From a virus (taxonomy: Duplodnaviria > Caudoviricetes), in IMG/VR virus record IMGVR_UViG_3300030012_002336, positions 9,950 to 73,949 of that record: a stretch of 64,000 nt of DNA; one strand, given 5' to 3'. The notes beneath the pieces are model-generated. The model saw only the letters and a program-made list of their open reading frames with translations. It was not told where the DNA came from and searched no databases. The position numbers and the translations under genes were made by a program. This document shows positions 9,568 to 18,186 of this stretch, one piece after another (position 1 is the stretch's first letter; every line of letters starts with the position of its first letter).

Positions 9568-9725
9568 TCAAGTTTATAAAAACATTAGCTGGTATGCTAC
9601 TATTAAGTTTACTAGTTATAGTATTTATAATACTTGTTATATTTAAAGTTATAGTTATTACTGTAACTTATATAGAAAACTCTTTGTGTGAAATGATAAA
9701 AAAATGTTTGGGCACTGATCTTTAG
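9564..9725 (+). CDS. Small membrane protein (53 aa, not in ORF track)
   Basis: GTGA overlap with the upstream stop; MIKFIKTLAGMLLLSLLVIVFIILVIFKVIVITVTY...GTDL*. Confidence 0.55.
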   Translation: MIKFIKTLAGMLLLSLLVIVFIILVIFKVIVITVTYIENSLCEMIKKCLGTDL

Positions 9726-9750
9726 TGCTTGGTTGTTTGTTTTCATTTTT

Positions 9751-9786
9751 AGGGAGGTTGTGTCATGGCAACCTCCTTTTTTTTTA
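9751..9786 (+). terminator. Rho-independent terminator
   Basis: ggaggttg-tgtcatgg-caacctcc followed by about 10 Ts. Confidence 0.85.
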
Positions 9787-9796
9787 AATTAAAATT

Positions 9797-10507
9797 ATGA
9801 ACGTAAAAGAAATACAAGAAAAATTTATGAATAAGCTCTCAGATGCTGCTGAGAGTCCATATGAAAGCTGGGTAGATGCACTTTGGAATACAGTAAATTC
9901 TAAAGCATTCTCTGATCCACTATTAGCGTTAGCTAAGGAAGTTGATAATGGTAAGAAGTTTACACCAAAATTTCCTGATTTACTTAAGGCATATGAGATG
10001 TGTCCATATAGAGATCTTAAAGTTGTTATTGTTGGACAAGATCCATACCCCCAAGAAGGAGTTGCTGACGGAATAGCATTTAGTTGTTCAAAGACTAACA
10101 AGGAACAGCCATCATTAAGATACATCTTTGATGAATTACAAAGACAGTATCCAGATGCAACCAGAGACTGTGATCTAAGTAGATGGTCTAAGCAAGGCGT
10201 GCTTATGTTAAACACAGCACTTACATGTGAAGTAGATAACATTGGCGCTCATGTTAATATATGGAAGCATTGGAGTCAATGTATATTTGGACATATTTTA
10301 ACTGATCATCCAAAGATACTTGAGTTTGTATTTATGGGTGCTAAAGCAAAACCTTTTGCAAAATATATTCCTAATGATCACAATAAACATTTTGTTGCAC
10401 ATCCTGCAGCTGCTGCATACCGTGGTGGTAAATGGGATTCAGACAATCTATTTAAAAAGATAAATGAAAACTTAATTAATAATGGTGAAGAACCAATAAA
10501 TTGGTAA
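9797..10507 (+). CDS. ung: Uracil-DNA glycosylase (family 1)
   Basis: VVIVGQDPY, GIAFS, PSLRYI, WSKQGVLMLNTALT, HP motif. Confidence 0.93.
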   Translation: MNVKEIQEKFMNKLSDAAESPYESWVDALWNTVNSKAFSDPLLALAKEVDNGKKFTPKFPDLLKAYEMCPYRDLKVVIVGQDPYPQEGVADGIAFSCSKTNKEQPSLRYIFDELQRQYPDATRDCDLSRWSKQGVLMLNTALTCEVDNIGAHVNIWKHWSQCIFGHILTDHPKILEFVFMGAKAKPFAKYIPNDHNKHFVAHPAAAAYRGGKWDSDNLFKKINENLINNGEEPINW

Positions 10508-10734
10508 CTATGAGTTCAAGAAGTAAATGGAAATTATATTATTTTGCATTATTTTTATGGTATTTATTTTTAGCCTCTCTTGTTGGTTGCGAAAAGCAAC
10601 TTGAAGAACAGATATGTTGTGATTGGGATGCTACAAATTTTGATCCTGAATATAATGGTCACAATGTAAATCAACTATACTTTACAAACAGTTCATTATG
10701 TAATGATGATGTTTGTATCTATGAAAACTATTAA
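10501..10734 (+). CDS. Small putative lipoprotein
   Basis: Basic N-terminus, hydrophobic helix, lipobox-like LVGC; likely start is the ATG at 10510. Confidence 0.5.
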   Translation: MVTMSSRSKWKLYYFALFLWYLFLASLVGCEKQLEEQICCDWDATNFDPEYNGHNVNQLYFTNSSLCNDDVCIYENY

Positions 10735-10736
10735 AT

Positions 10737-12641
10737 ATGAATCACTGGGTAATGGATTATGAAACCCTAGTGGACTGTTTTGTTGGTGTATTTAAACACT
10801 ACAAGACTGAAGAAACTAAAGTCTTTGCTATATGTAAACAGCGTAATGACTTTAGTAAGTTCCTAGAGTTTCTTAAAGAAAATACGGAAAATAAAGAGTG
10901 GCATATATCCTACAATGGATTAGCATTTGATGCACAGATCACTCATTATATTATAAAACATTACAAAGATTGGAAATCAATGAATGGAAAAGACATTGCT
11001 CGTGAGATATATTCTTATGCACAGAGTTGTATAGATAAAGCTCATAGTGGTGAGTTTCAAGAGTATCCTGAATGGCATATGTGTATTAAACAAATAGATG
11101 TATTTAAATTAAATCATTGGGATAACATGGCCAAGAGATCTAGTCTTAAATGGATAGAGTATACTATGGACTGGGATAACATCTTAGATATGCCTATACA
11201 TCATGATACAGAGATAAATACACAGGATCAGTTAGATCTAGTTATTGAATACTGTATTAATGATGTAGAAGCAACTAAGGAGATCTTTAATAGATGTAAA
11301 CCTTTGATTGCATTAAGAAAGAACTTAACTGAAAAGTATAATATTAATTTGTTTAGTGCATCTGAACCAAGAATAAGTAAAGAAATCTTTGCTTACTATC
11401 TTAGTAAAGAACTAGATATGCCACGGTATGAAGTTAAGAAGTTAAGAACATTTAGAAATGTAATTAAAGTTAAAGATCTTATACTAGAATATATTAAGTT
11501 TGATACAGTAGAGTTTAAATCTTTACTAGAAAGGTTTAGAACAGTTGAAGTTAATCCTAATTATACTAAAGGTGGATTTAGATCTTCCGTTGTATATAAA
11601 GGTGTAAAGACTGACTTTGGATTAGGTGGTGCTCATGGTGCTACTGCACCTGGAGTATATGAGTCTGATACTAAGAGAGTTATAATGTCTTCTGATGTTA
11701 CTAGCTTCTATCCTAACTTAGCTATTGTTAATAAGTATGCACCGGCTCATATACCTAAAGAAAAGTTTTGTGAATTATATCAATGGTTCTTTGATGAAAG
11801 AAAGAAGATACCAAAAAGTGATCCAATGAACTATGTATATAAAATTATCTTAAACTCAACTTACGGGTTAAGTAATGATAAGAACTCTTTTCTATATGAT
11901 CCTCAGTTTACTATGTTTATTACTGTTAATGGTCAACTTACACTAATGATGTTGTATGAAATGATTATGACTAGGATACCAGATGCTGTAGCACTTATGC
12001 AAAATACTGATGGTGTAGAAACTATTATACCACGTGAGCACATAGATGCTTATATGGAAGTTTGCAAAGAGTGGGAACAGATAACCGGTCTTAATCTTGA
12101 ACATGATCAGTATAGTAAACTAGTATTAGCTGATGTAAATAACTATATAGCTGTTGATACTAATGGTAAGTCTAAATGTAAAGGTAGATTTGAATATGAA
12201 GGTTTAGCTCTTCATAAGAACAAGTCTAAACTAATCATTCCAAAAGCATTATATGCTTACTTTGTTGATGGAACTTTACCAGAACATACAATAAAACATA
12301 ATAGAAATATTTTAGATTATTGTATTGGAGCTAAATCTAAGGGTGCATGGAGACAGCACTCTGTATATGTTAAGGATGGTGTTGCACATAAAGATGTGCT
12401 ACAAAAAATTAACAGATACTACATCTCTAACAAAGGTTGTAAGATAGTTAAAATAAATAAAAGTGATAATAGAGAAATTCAATTAGAGTCTGGACAATGG
12501 GTCCAAACTGTAATGAATAAGATAGAAAATAAAAAATGGTCAGACTATGACATTAATGAGAAATATTATCTAAATGCAATTGAGAAAGAGATTAATAATA
12601 TAATTGGTGTGAAAAATAATCAATTATTATTGTTTGAATAA
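10737..12641 (+). CDS. polB: DNA polymerase family B (crAss-like) with 3'-5' exonuclease
   Basis: Exonuclease motifs DYET, YNGLAFD, YCIND; polymerase motifs DVTSFYPN, KIILNSTYG, NTDG. Confidence 0.93.
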   Translation: MNHWVMDYETLVDCFVGVFKHYKTEETKVFAICKQRNDFSKFLEFLKENTENKEWHISYNGLAFDAQITHYIIKHYKDWKSMNGKDIAREIYSYAQSCIDKAHSGEFQEYPEWHMCIKQIDVFKLNHWDNMAKRSSLKWIEYTMDWDNILDMPIHHDTEINTQDQLDLVIEYCINDVEATKEIFNRCKPLIALRKNLTEKYNINLFSASEPRISKEIFAYYLSKELDMPRYEVKKLRTFRNVIKVKDLILEYIKFDTVEFKSLLERFRTVEVNPNYTKGGFRSSVVYKGVKTDFGLGGAHGATAPGVYESDTKRVIMSSDVTSFYPNLAIVNKYAPAHIPKEKFCELYQWFFDERKKIPKSDPMNYVYKIILNSTYGLSNDKNSFLYDPQFTMFITVNGQLTLMMLYEMIMTRIPDAVALMQNTDGVETIIPREHIDAYMEVCKEWEQITGLNLEHDQYSKLVLADVNNYIAVDTNGKSKCKGRFEYEGLALHKNKSKLIIPKALYAYFVDGTLPEHTIKHNRNILDYCIGAKSKGAWRQHSVYVKDGVAHKDVLQKINRYYISNKGCKIVKINKSDNREIQLESGQWVQTVMNKIENKKWSDYDINEKYYLNAIEKEINNIIGVKNNQLLLFE

Positions 12642-12659
12642 GTTTTATTATTATATTTG
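12630..12659 (+). promoter_or_regulatory. Bacteroidota-type promoter (TTG-N19-TATATTTG)
   Basis: TTG at 12630-12632 and TATATTTG at 12652-12659. Confidence 0.6.
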
Positions 12660-12660
12660 C

Positions 12661-12686
12661 AATGGGTACGGCTTCCGTGCCCATTT
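12661..12686 (+). terminator. Stem-loop after polB (terminator or 5' stabilising hairpin)
   Basis: aatgggtacgg-ctt-ccgtgcccatt. Confidence 0.5.
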
Positions 12687-12700
12687 AAAACCAATAAATT

Positions 12701-13516
12701 ATGGGATATACAAGACCAAGAAAAACTACTAAAGATTATTTGGTAGCAGCACCGCTACCTAATCATGGAAAAACTTATACAGTTATTCCTCATAAAGATG
12801 TTATAGAGACAACTAAAACTCTATTAGACAACAGTGGATTTCAAATCACTAAAGAACTTTACAGAGCAAACATGAATGCTAAAGTAGCACAAGGTGTTTA
12901 TCACCTTGCTTCAAATCAAGATGAAGAAATGGGGATGATGTTTGCTTGGACTAATTCTTATGATAAAAGTACACGTTTTCAGTGTGCTGTAGGAGCTTTC
13001 GTAAATGTATGTAGTAATGGTATGTTATGTGGAGACATGGCAAACTATGCTAGAAAACATACAGGTAAAGCAGATCATGATATTCATACTCAAATAAGTT
13101 CACAAATTAAGTCAGCTAATAAGTATTATACTAAGTTAATTGATGATAAGAATCAAATGAGAAAAATATTCTTACCTAAAAAAGATCAAGCAGAATTAGT
13201 TGGAAGATTATTCTTAGATGAAGAGATTATTGATTCATCACAAGTTTCTTGTATAAAAGCAGAAATGAAAGAACCATCTTATGATTATAAAGCTGATCTT
13301 AATAATGCTTGGACATTCTACAATCATATAACACATGCACTTAAAAAGTCACATCCACGTACATGGATGAGTGATCAAGTTAAGTTTCATGAGTTTATGA
13401 CTGCAGAATTACTTAGTCAAGCAGCACTTAAGGAGCAGGATACTAGTTGGCCTGTAGATTTTATAGCAGATATGGAAGCTCAAGAGTATGATACATTTGA
13501 AGAGTTTAAGATATAA
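12701..13516 (+). CDS. DUF932/DUF945-like protein
   Basis: NSYDKS...GAFVNVCSNGM, RKHTG, NAWTFYNHIT. Confidence 0.7.
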   Translation: MGYTRPRKTTKDYLVAAPLPNHGKTYTVIPHKDVIETTKTLLDNSGFQITKELYRANMNAKVAQGVYHLASNQDEEMGMMFAWTNSYDKSTRFQCAVGAFVNVCSNGMLCGDMANYARKHTGKADHDIHTQISSQIKSANKYYTKLIDDKNQMRKIFLPKKDQAELVGRLFLDEEIIDSSQVSCIKAEMKEPSYDYKADLNNAWTFYNHITHALKKSHPRTWMSDQVKFHEFMTAELLSQAALKEQDTSWPVDFIADMEAQEYDTFEEFKI

Positions 13517-14352
13517 TGCCAATAAAATATCAAAAAACTAGAACATTAGTTACTAAGACAAATAACAATAGTAGTGACTGCATAGCACCAAATATAATTT
13601 ATGGGTGCTTTGGAGGCTGTGTAGACACCTATTGTTATATGTCTAGGTTTAATGGTGATAGAGTATTTGTTAACAAAAATGTTAATGATATATTTAATTC
13701 CGTAGTAGAATGGGAAAAATCTTATAATAAAGTTCCTAATCAACAGGATCCTGTTTATACTATGGTGGACATTGCTTGTAATTCAGATTTAGTTTTGATG
13801 CAGAAGCATATGCCAGAACCACTTCATGATTATCTTAAAAGGTATGATGATCATCAGCAGCTTAATAGTACTATGGCTACTAAGTATCCGAGTCTACTTA
13901 AGTTAGATGTAAATCATTTTAATAAAAGGCCACGTGTGCGTGTTAGTCTTATGCCTCAAGAGTATTCTAATATTCTAGAACCTAAAATGCAGAAGATATC
14001 ATCAAGAATAGATGATGTTAATAGATTAAAGGATCTAGGATGGGAAGTACACTTAAACTATTCACCTCTTGTATTTTATCCAGGATGGAGTAAAGAGTAT
14101 GAAAGTTTATTTAAAGAAGTAAAAGATAAAGCCGGTGAGAATAAATGTGAAGTTATTGCACTTACTAATCATGTTCATCAAATGAATAGAAGTAGTGAAG
14201 AAGCAAGAGAGTTAATGAAATATTCTGATGAGATCAAAAATGCTAACGGTATAATGCGTTATCCAATACGCCAGAAAACAAGAGCTTTAGCTAATTTTAA
14301 AATGATCTACAGTAAATATTTTAATTTACAAACTATTAGATACATATTTTAA
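13516..14352 (+). CDS. Spore photoproduct lyase-family radical SAM protein
   Basis: GCFGGCVDTYCY cluster motif; DIACNSD resembles SplB EASCTSD; RVRVSL; SPLVFYPGW. Confidence 0.8.
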   Translation: MPIKYQKTRTLVTKTNNNSSDCIAPNIIYGCFGGCVDTYCYMSRFNGDRVFVNKNVNDIFNSVVEWEKSYNKVPNQQDPVYTMVDIACNSDLVLMQKHMPEPLHDYLKRYDDHQQLNSTMATKYPSLLKLDVNHFNKRPRVRVSLMPQEYSNILEPKMQKISSRIDDVNRLKDLGWEVHLNYSPLVFYPGWSKEYESLFKEVKDKAGENKCEVIALTNHVHQMNRSSEEARELMKYSDEIKNANGIMRYPIRQKTRALANFKMIYSKYFNLQTIRYIF

Positions 14353-14353
14353 A

Positions 14354-14440
14354 ATGACTGATGATCAAAAAGAAGCTATTGTCAGATTAATATTAGTAAT
14401 AATATTATTAATAGTATTTGTACTAGTTCAATTGAAATGA
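14354..14440 (+). CDS. 28-aa single-TM peptide (not in ORF track)
   Basis: MTDDQKEAIVRLILVIILLIVFVLVQLK*; starts 1 nt after the SPL stop and is followed by a hairpin. Confidence 0.5.
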   Translation: MTDDQKEAIVRLILVIILLIVFVLVQLK

Positions 14441-14441
14441 A

Positions 14442-14508
14442 AGGGGGTCTTGGTAGCGTTAACCCCCTCTCTGTTCTCTGTAAAATTCAACCTGCACGAT
14501 TACAGAGA
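14442..14508. terminator. Two stem-loops where the + and - transcription units converge
   Basis: agggggt...accccct (14442-14468) and tctctgtaa...ttacagaga (14475-14508). Confidence 0.5.
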
Positions 14509-14524
14509 TATATAAGAAGTGTTA

Positions 14525-14659
14525 TTATCTACCTTGACCTCTATACTTTTTAGTATAGTTGCTACCTCCCTTATTGAATGTAGTTCTACTCTTAGCATGT
14601 CTGCCATGAGACTTTCTACTATTAGGTGAAAATGTAAATGTATTTTTCCTTGCCGCCAT
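14525..14659 (-). CDS. 44-aa basic protein with C-terminal KYRGQGR (not in ORF track)
   Basis: MAARKNTFTFSPNSRKSHGRHAKSRTTFNKGGSNYTKKYRGQGR*; TAATG overlap with the upstream gene. Confidence 0.75.
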   Translation of the reverse strand: MAARKNTFTFSPNSRKSHGRHAKSRTTFNKGGSNYTKKYRGQGR

Positions 14660-15039
14660 TATGCTCTTGTAAAGAATGCATATACTACATTTGTAACTGC
14701 AGTATCATACTTTAATTTTGCACCTGTTCCATCTTCAACTACAAAAAATGCAAAATCACCAACTCCTAATTTAGTTAAGTTAGTGCTTCCACCATTATCA
14801 GTAACAAGTATATTACCAGTTCCAGTACCGCCACCATTAGTTCCTGTATTATGAACAAATAAATATGTATCACCTTGACTTGTAGGAATAATTGACTGAT
14901 TTAAAGAAGCATATGTCGTTATACCAGCTGAAGTTACTGTGCTTTCTTGTACAGTAATAACAGGATTTAAGGTTATAGACACAGGATCACTTTGACCAGT
15001 TATAGTACCTGTAAGATTAAATAAAGTTTGTAAATTCAT
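14659..15039 (-). CDS. Small beta-sandwich protein, paralog 1 (putative virion protein)
   Basis: TYLFVHNTG...LTKLGVGDFAFF. Confidence 0.6.
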   Translation of the reverse strand: MNLQTLFNLTGTITGQSDPVSITLNPVITVQESTVTSAGITTYASLNQSIIPTSQGDTYLFVHNTGTNGGGTGTGNILVTDNGGSTNLTKLGVGDFAFFVVEDGTGAKLKYDTAVTNVVYAFFTRA

Positions 15040-15062
15040 TTTATTATTATTTTATATTATTA

Positions 15063-15467
15063 TTAATGTCTTTTTAGATAAGCATAAACGTATGTAGTAA
15101 CTGAGTTATCATATACAGCCTTTAAACCTGCTTGTGCTATCAAAGGTATAAACATTGCATCACCAACATTTAAATGTGCTATATTTGTTCCAGCACCATT
15201 TGTAAGTATAACTTTACCCCCAGTACTAAGATCTCCATTTGCACCAACATTTCTAACATATACATACTGTGTAGAACCTCCAGCTGCTGGTGCAGCAGAT
15301 GTTCCTAGTATTTCAAAAGGTGTACCATTTACGGTATTTCTTGATGCAGATGTTAGAGAAGGATTTTCAACGTTTAATTCAAAGTCAGTAAAATTAATAC
15401 CTACTGAATCACTTTGACCTGTTAAACTTCCGTTTAAACTTAAACTAAATTTTACTTTATCAGCCAT
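15063..15467 (-). CDS. Small beta-sandwich protein, paralog 2 (putative virion protein)
   Basis: YVYVRNVG...IAHLNVGDAMFIP; shares TGQSD with paralog 1. Confidence 0.6.
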   Translation of the reverse strand: MADKVKFSLSLNGSLTGQSDSVGINFTDFELNVENPSLTSASRNTVNGTPFEILGTSAAPAAGGSTQYVYVRNVGANGDLSTGGKVILTNGAGTNIAHLNVGDAMFIPLIAQAGLKAVYDNSVTTYVYAYLKRH

Positions 15468-15485
15468 TTTTTTAAATTTTAAATA

Positions 15486-15887
15486 TTATTGTTTCTTCTT
15501 ATTAAATTTTTCAACAGATCTACCACCAAAATAGGCACCAATCACTGTTATTAATACTAACTGTAGAAGATCAGTCCACTTTTCTTCTACTGTAAATGTT
15601 AATGCACCAGCATCAATAAAGATCAATAACATAGTACATACTATCAAAAATATAAGAACCATAGGTCTTACATTTTTACTTAACCAACTATCAGAATTCA
15701 TATCTGCCGTCCAACGGTCAGTTATATTTTTTTCCATTTGAGCTTCATGATTCATGATTAGCTCTTTTAGTTTTCTTTTAGCGTCTAGTTTTTCTTCGTC
15801 TGTTGTTACTAAGTTATCTATTACACCACCAACTGATTCTATCAAGTTACTTCCGGCACTTGAAAAAATCTTTTTTAGTATACCCAT
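15486..15887 (-). CDS. Holin, 3TM (GTA_holin_3TM-like) family
   Basis: RWTADMNSDSWLSKNVRP, TM helices, YFGGRSVEK. Confidence 0.8.
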   Translation of the reverse strand: MGILKKIFSSAGSNLIESVGGVIDNLVTTDEEKLDAKRKLKELIMNHEAQMEKNITDRWTADMNSDSWLSKNVRPMVLIFLIVCTMLLIFIDAGALTFTVEEKWTDLLQLVLITVIGAYFGGRSVEKFNKKKQ

Positions 15888-15903
15888 ACTCTAAGTTTTA
15901 AAT

Positions 15904-16050
15904 TTATAATACACCGTTAGGGCCCACAGATTTTGATATAGGTGAGTGATATTCACCACCACACATCATCATGTTAGATCCACCGCATTTATACATTTTC
16001 TTTTTTTTCTTGTCTTTCTTTTTTTTCTTTTTTTTATACATCATCATCAT
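15904..16050 (-). CDS. 48-aa poly-Lys protein (not in ORF track)
   Basis: MMMMYKKKKKKKDKKKKKMYKCGGSNMMMCGGEYHSPISKSVGPNGVL*; ATGA overlap; AAA/AAG codon periodicity. Confidence 0.7.
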   Translation of the reverse strand: MMMMYKKKKKKKDKKKKKMYKCGGSNMMMCGGEYHSPISKSVGPNGVL

Positions 16051-16280
16051 AATAAACTATTTGGTCCCATTTGCATTCCATATGGACAACCACAACCTTG
16101 TACCTGTCCACCTTCAGCTTTTTTAAAGCTCTTTAATGTTTTAGCTAAGTTACATCTACGTTTTGCTTTTGTAGATGGAGGACTCTTACAATATTCTGAG
16201 ATACTTTTTCCTTCAGCTTTAGCAGCTGCAGTCAAAGCACCTGGCTTCTTTATTGCTTTTTTTATCCAATTCTTAGCCAT
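16047..16280 (-). CDS. Small basic phage protein (WIxKAIKKPGAL type)
   Basis: NWIKKAIKKPGAL...RCNLAKTLK; ends in GPNSLL. Confidence 0.75.
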   Translation of the reverse strand: MAKNWIKKAIKKPGALTAAAKAEGKSISEYCKSPPSTKAKRRCNLAKTLKSFKKAEGGQVQGCGCPYGMQMGPNSLL

Positions 16281-16507
16281 TACTTCTTTTCAAAGAATCT
16301 ATCATAGGCACCTTCCTTAACTGTTTTTACAAAAAGTTCAAATTGATCTTTTGTGAATTCAGTGTAACCTTCATCTTCTCCTCCAACAATTACCTTATCA
16401 GATTCAGTTGAGATGTCAATTGCTGGACAACTCTTACAGCTAGCACAAAAAGTCATTTGTGATCTGTTTGCACTAATTTTTACATTTTTTAATCCTTCTA
16501 ATTCCAT
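16280..16507 (-). CDS. DUF397-like small protein
   Basis: SCPAIDI...VIVG...FTKDQFELFVKTVKEG pattern. Confidence 0.5.
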   Translation of the reverse strand: MELEGLKNVKISANRSQMTFCASCKSCPAIDISTESDKVIVGGEDEGYTEFTKDQFELFVKTVKEGAYDRFFEKK

Positions 16508-16511
16508 TGGT

Positions 16512-16880
16512 TTATACTTTTTTAAATTTAGCGTAATTAACTACACATGCAGCAGTATCAGAAATTAATTCTAATCCTTCTCCACCATCACAACATAAAA
16601 ACATGAAGCTACCTGGAAAGAGTTTAGCATATGTATTGTTTGCCACATCTTGAACAGTTACAAAATTGGCAAGATCTGTATTTTGAATGAATATATAAGT
16701 ATCAGCAGCAGTATTTGGAATAATCTCTGTAGCAGATGTTGGTATTGACATAGATTTTGATTCTACATCAGTATTATCAAAATTTACAGTGTCTAAAACT
16801 GTGCTATTTAAACTAAATATACCACTAACTGTGTCAGCAGTATTAAGGTTTAATGAGAGATTAAGTGCTTGTGTTGCCAT
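16512..16880 (-). CDS. Small beta-sandwich protein, paralog 3 (putative virion protein)
   Basis: TYIFIQNTD...YAKLFPGSFMFL. Confidence 0.6.
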   Translation of the reverse strand: MATQALNLSLNLNTADTVSGIFSLNSTVLDTVNFDNTDVESKSMSIPTSATEIIPNTAADTYIFIQNTDLANFVTVQDVANNTYAKLFPGSFMFLCCDGGEGLELISDTAACVVNYAKFKKV

Positions 16881-17062
16881 TATATTTCAAATCCAAAGTT
16901 AAAAATCATAAATCTAAACTTTTTACAACTGCTGCCTGTGTTTTTACATTTCCAGCAAGGACAGTACATTAATTCAAATATTGTCCATGTACCTAGTCTA
17001 AAATTTATCTCATACTTTTCTTTCTTATTTCCTGATCTCCAGGAATTAATCCAATTTATCAT
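16880..17062 (-). CDS. Hypothetical 60-aa beta-rich protein
   Basis: First gene after the putative late promoter; TAATG coupling to the next gene. Confidence 0.6.
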   Translation of the reverse strand: MINWINSWRSGNKKEKYEINFRLGTWTIFELMYCPCWKCKNTGSSCKKFRFMIFNFGFEI

Positions 17063-17087
17063 AATAAAATAATTTATGTTATATTAT

Positions 17088-17098
17088 TAATATACAAA
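17088..17098 (-). promoter_or_regulatory. Putative phage late promoter TTTGTATATTA
   Basis: Identical 11-mer recurs intergenically at 23611 and 25938. Confidence 0.55.
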
Positions 17099-17112
17099 AA
17101 AATAAGTGAAAA

Positions 17113-18186
17113 TTAAAGTATGATATAGTTTATTCCAAACTTGAAATCATGCCAGTCACGGTTCCAATATTTATTATATTTTCCCTCAATAAAAATACCT
17201 AAGTTCTTATTGATCTTATAACCAAATATTAAACCACCAGAATAATCTATCCAATTGCCACCATTAAAATTATGATAAGAGTATTCACCCCCTGTATCCA
17301 AATGCACGGGTAGTAGGTTCGCCCAAGAATGAAACCATATTGTTTTAGTGTAGTGATAGTAGTCTAAACCAACTACTAGAGAATGACACCACTGAACAGG
17401 TAATGCATCCTTTTTTGATTTCACATAATCATTAAGAACTTGGGGGACCACTACCTCTTCCCATACTTCACTACTTGTAGCCACGACCGCTCCACTAGGG
17501 TCTAAGTAGCTTATTCCTGTTGGGTCAAACCCAATTGTGTAGCCTTCTTCTAAAGCAAGGTTTGTGTAGTGTATGTTTCCGTTAGATAGCACCCACTCAG
17601 ACAAAGGGTCATAACCGTAAGGTTCTGATATTCTTTGTACAGCTCCTGCAGTAACTGATAGTTTTCTACCTATCTTTTGTCTATATCGTTGTGACGCTTC
17701 CATGTATTCTACATCAGCAAAGCCGTCTTGTAAGTACTCTATCTTAACCACCCATCTATCTGCCAAGTATCGTAAAAAGTGATGTTGGTCTACATAAGAG
17801 TCACCCTGTTGTCTTTTGTAATCTGCCTCAAACAAAAACTCAAATCCTCTAGTTCGTCCAATAGTAGCGGCATCAGAGTATGATGTTTCTGTACCATCTT
17901 TGAATGTGTTAGCTTTATTCTCGTATCCAAATCTTTGTATTTTTCTTACACCTACAGTAAAAGCATAGTCAAATGGAGTTTTTATTACATCGGTTTGAAG
18001 TCCATCTAATATAGAATATGTATTCTGATCTGAAATAGAAGTACCACCATTTACTGCAGCATAGAATGTAGAGAACTTAAAAGTTTTCTTAAGTCCTGTT
18101 TTAAACTTGCTATCCTGAGCACAACACTTTTTAGGTGCTATACAAGACAATAATAGTAATAATATGGTCAGTAGTATTTTTTTCAT
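17113..18186 (-). CDS. Predicted outer-membrane beta-barrel protein
   Basis: Signal peptide; alternating aromatic/hydrophobic strands; C-terminal beta-signal-like FKFGINYIIL. Confidence 0.65.
   Translation of the reverse strand: MKKILLTILLLLLSCIAPKKCCAQDSKFKTGLKKTFKFSTFYAAVNGGTSISDQNTYSILDGLQTDVIKTPFDYAFTVGVRKIQRFGYENKANTFKDGTETSYSDAATIGRTRGFEFLFEADYKRQQGDSYVDQHHFLRYLADRWVVKIEYLQDGFADVEYMEASQRYRQKIGRKLSVTAGAVQRISEPYGYDPLSEWVLSNGNIHYTNLALEEGYTIGFDPTGISYLDPSGAVVATSSEVWEEVVVPQVLNDYVKSKKDALPVQWCHSLVVGLDYYHYTKTIWFHSWANLLPVHLDTGGEYSYHNFNGGNWIDYSGGLIFGYKINKNLGIFIEGKYNKYWNRDWHDFKFGINYIIL

Noticed and set aside
14441-14524. tRNA or other known RNA gene at the strand switch
   Set aside because: Only two simple hairpins; no cloverleaf or T-loop consensus
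15946-16320. + strand 124-aa Phe-rich ORF
   Set aside because: Shadow of the poly-Lys and KKPGAL genes on the - strand
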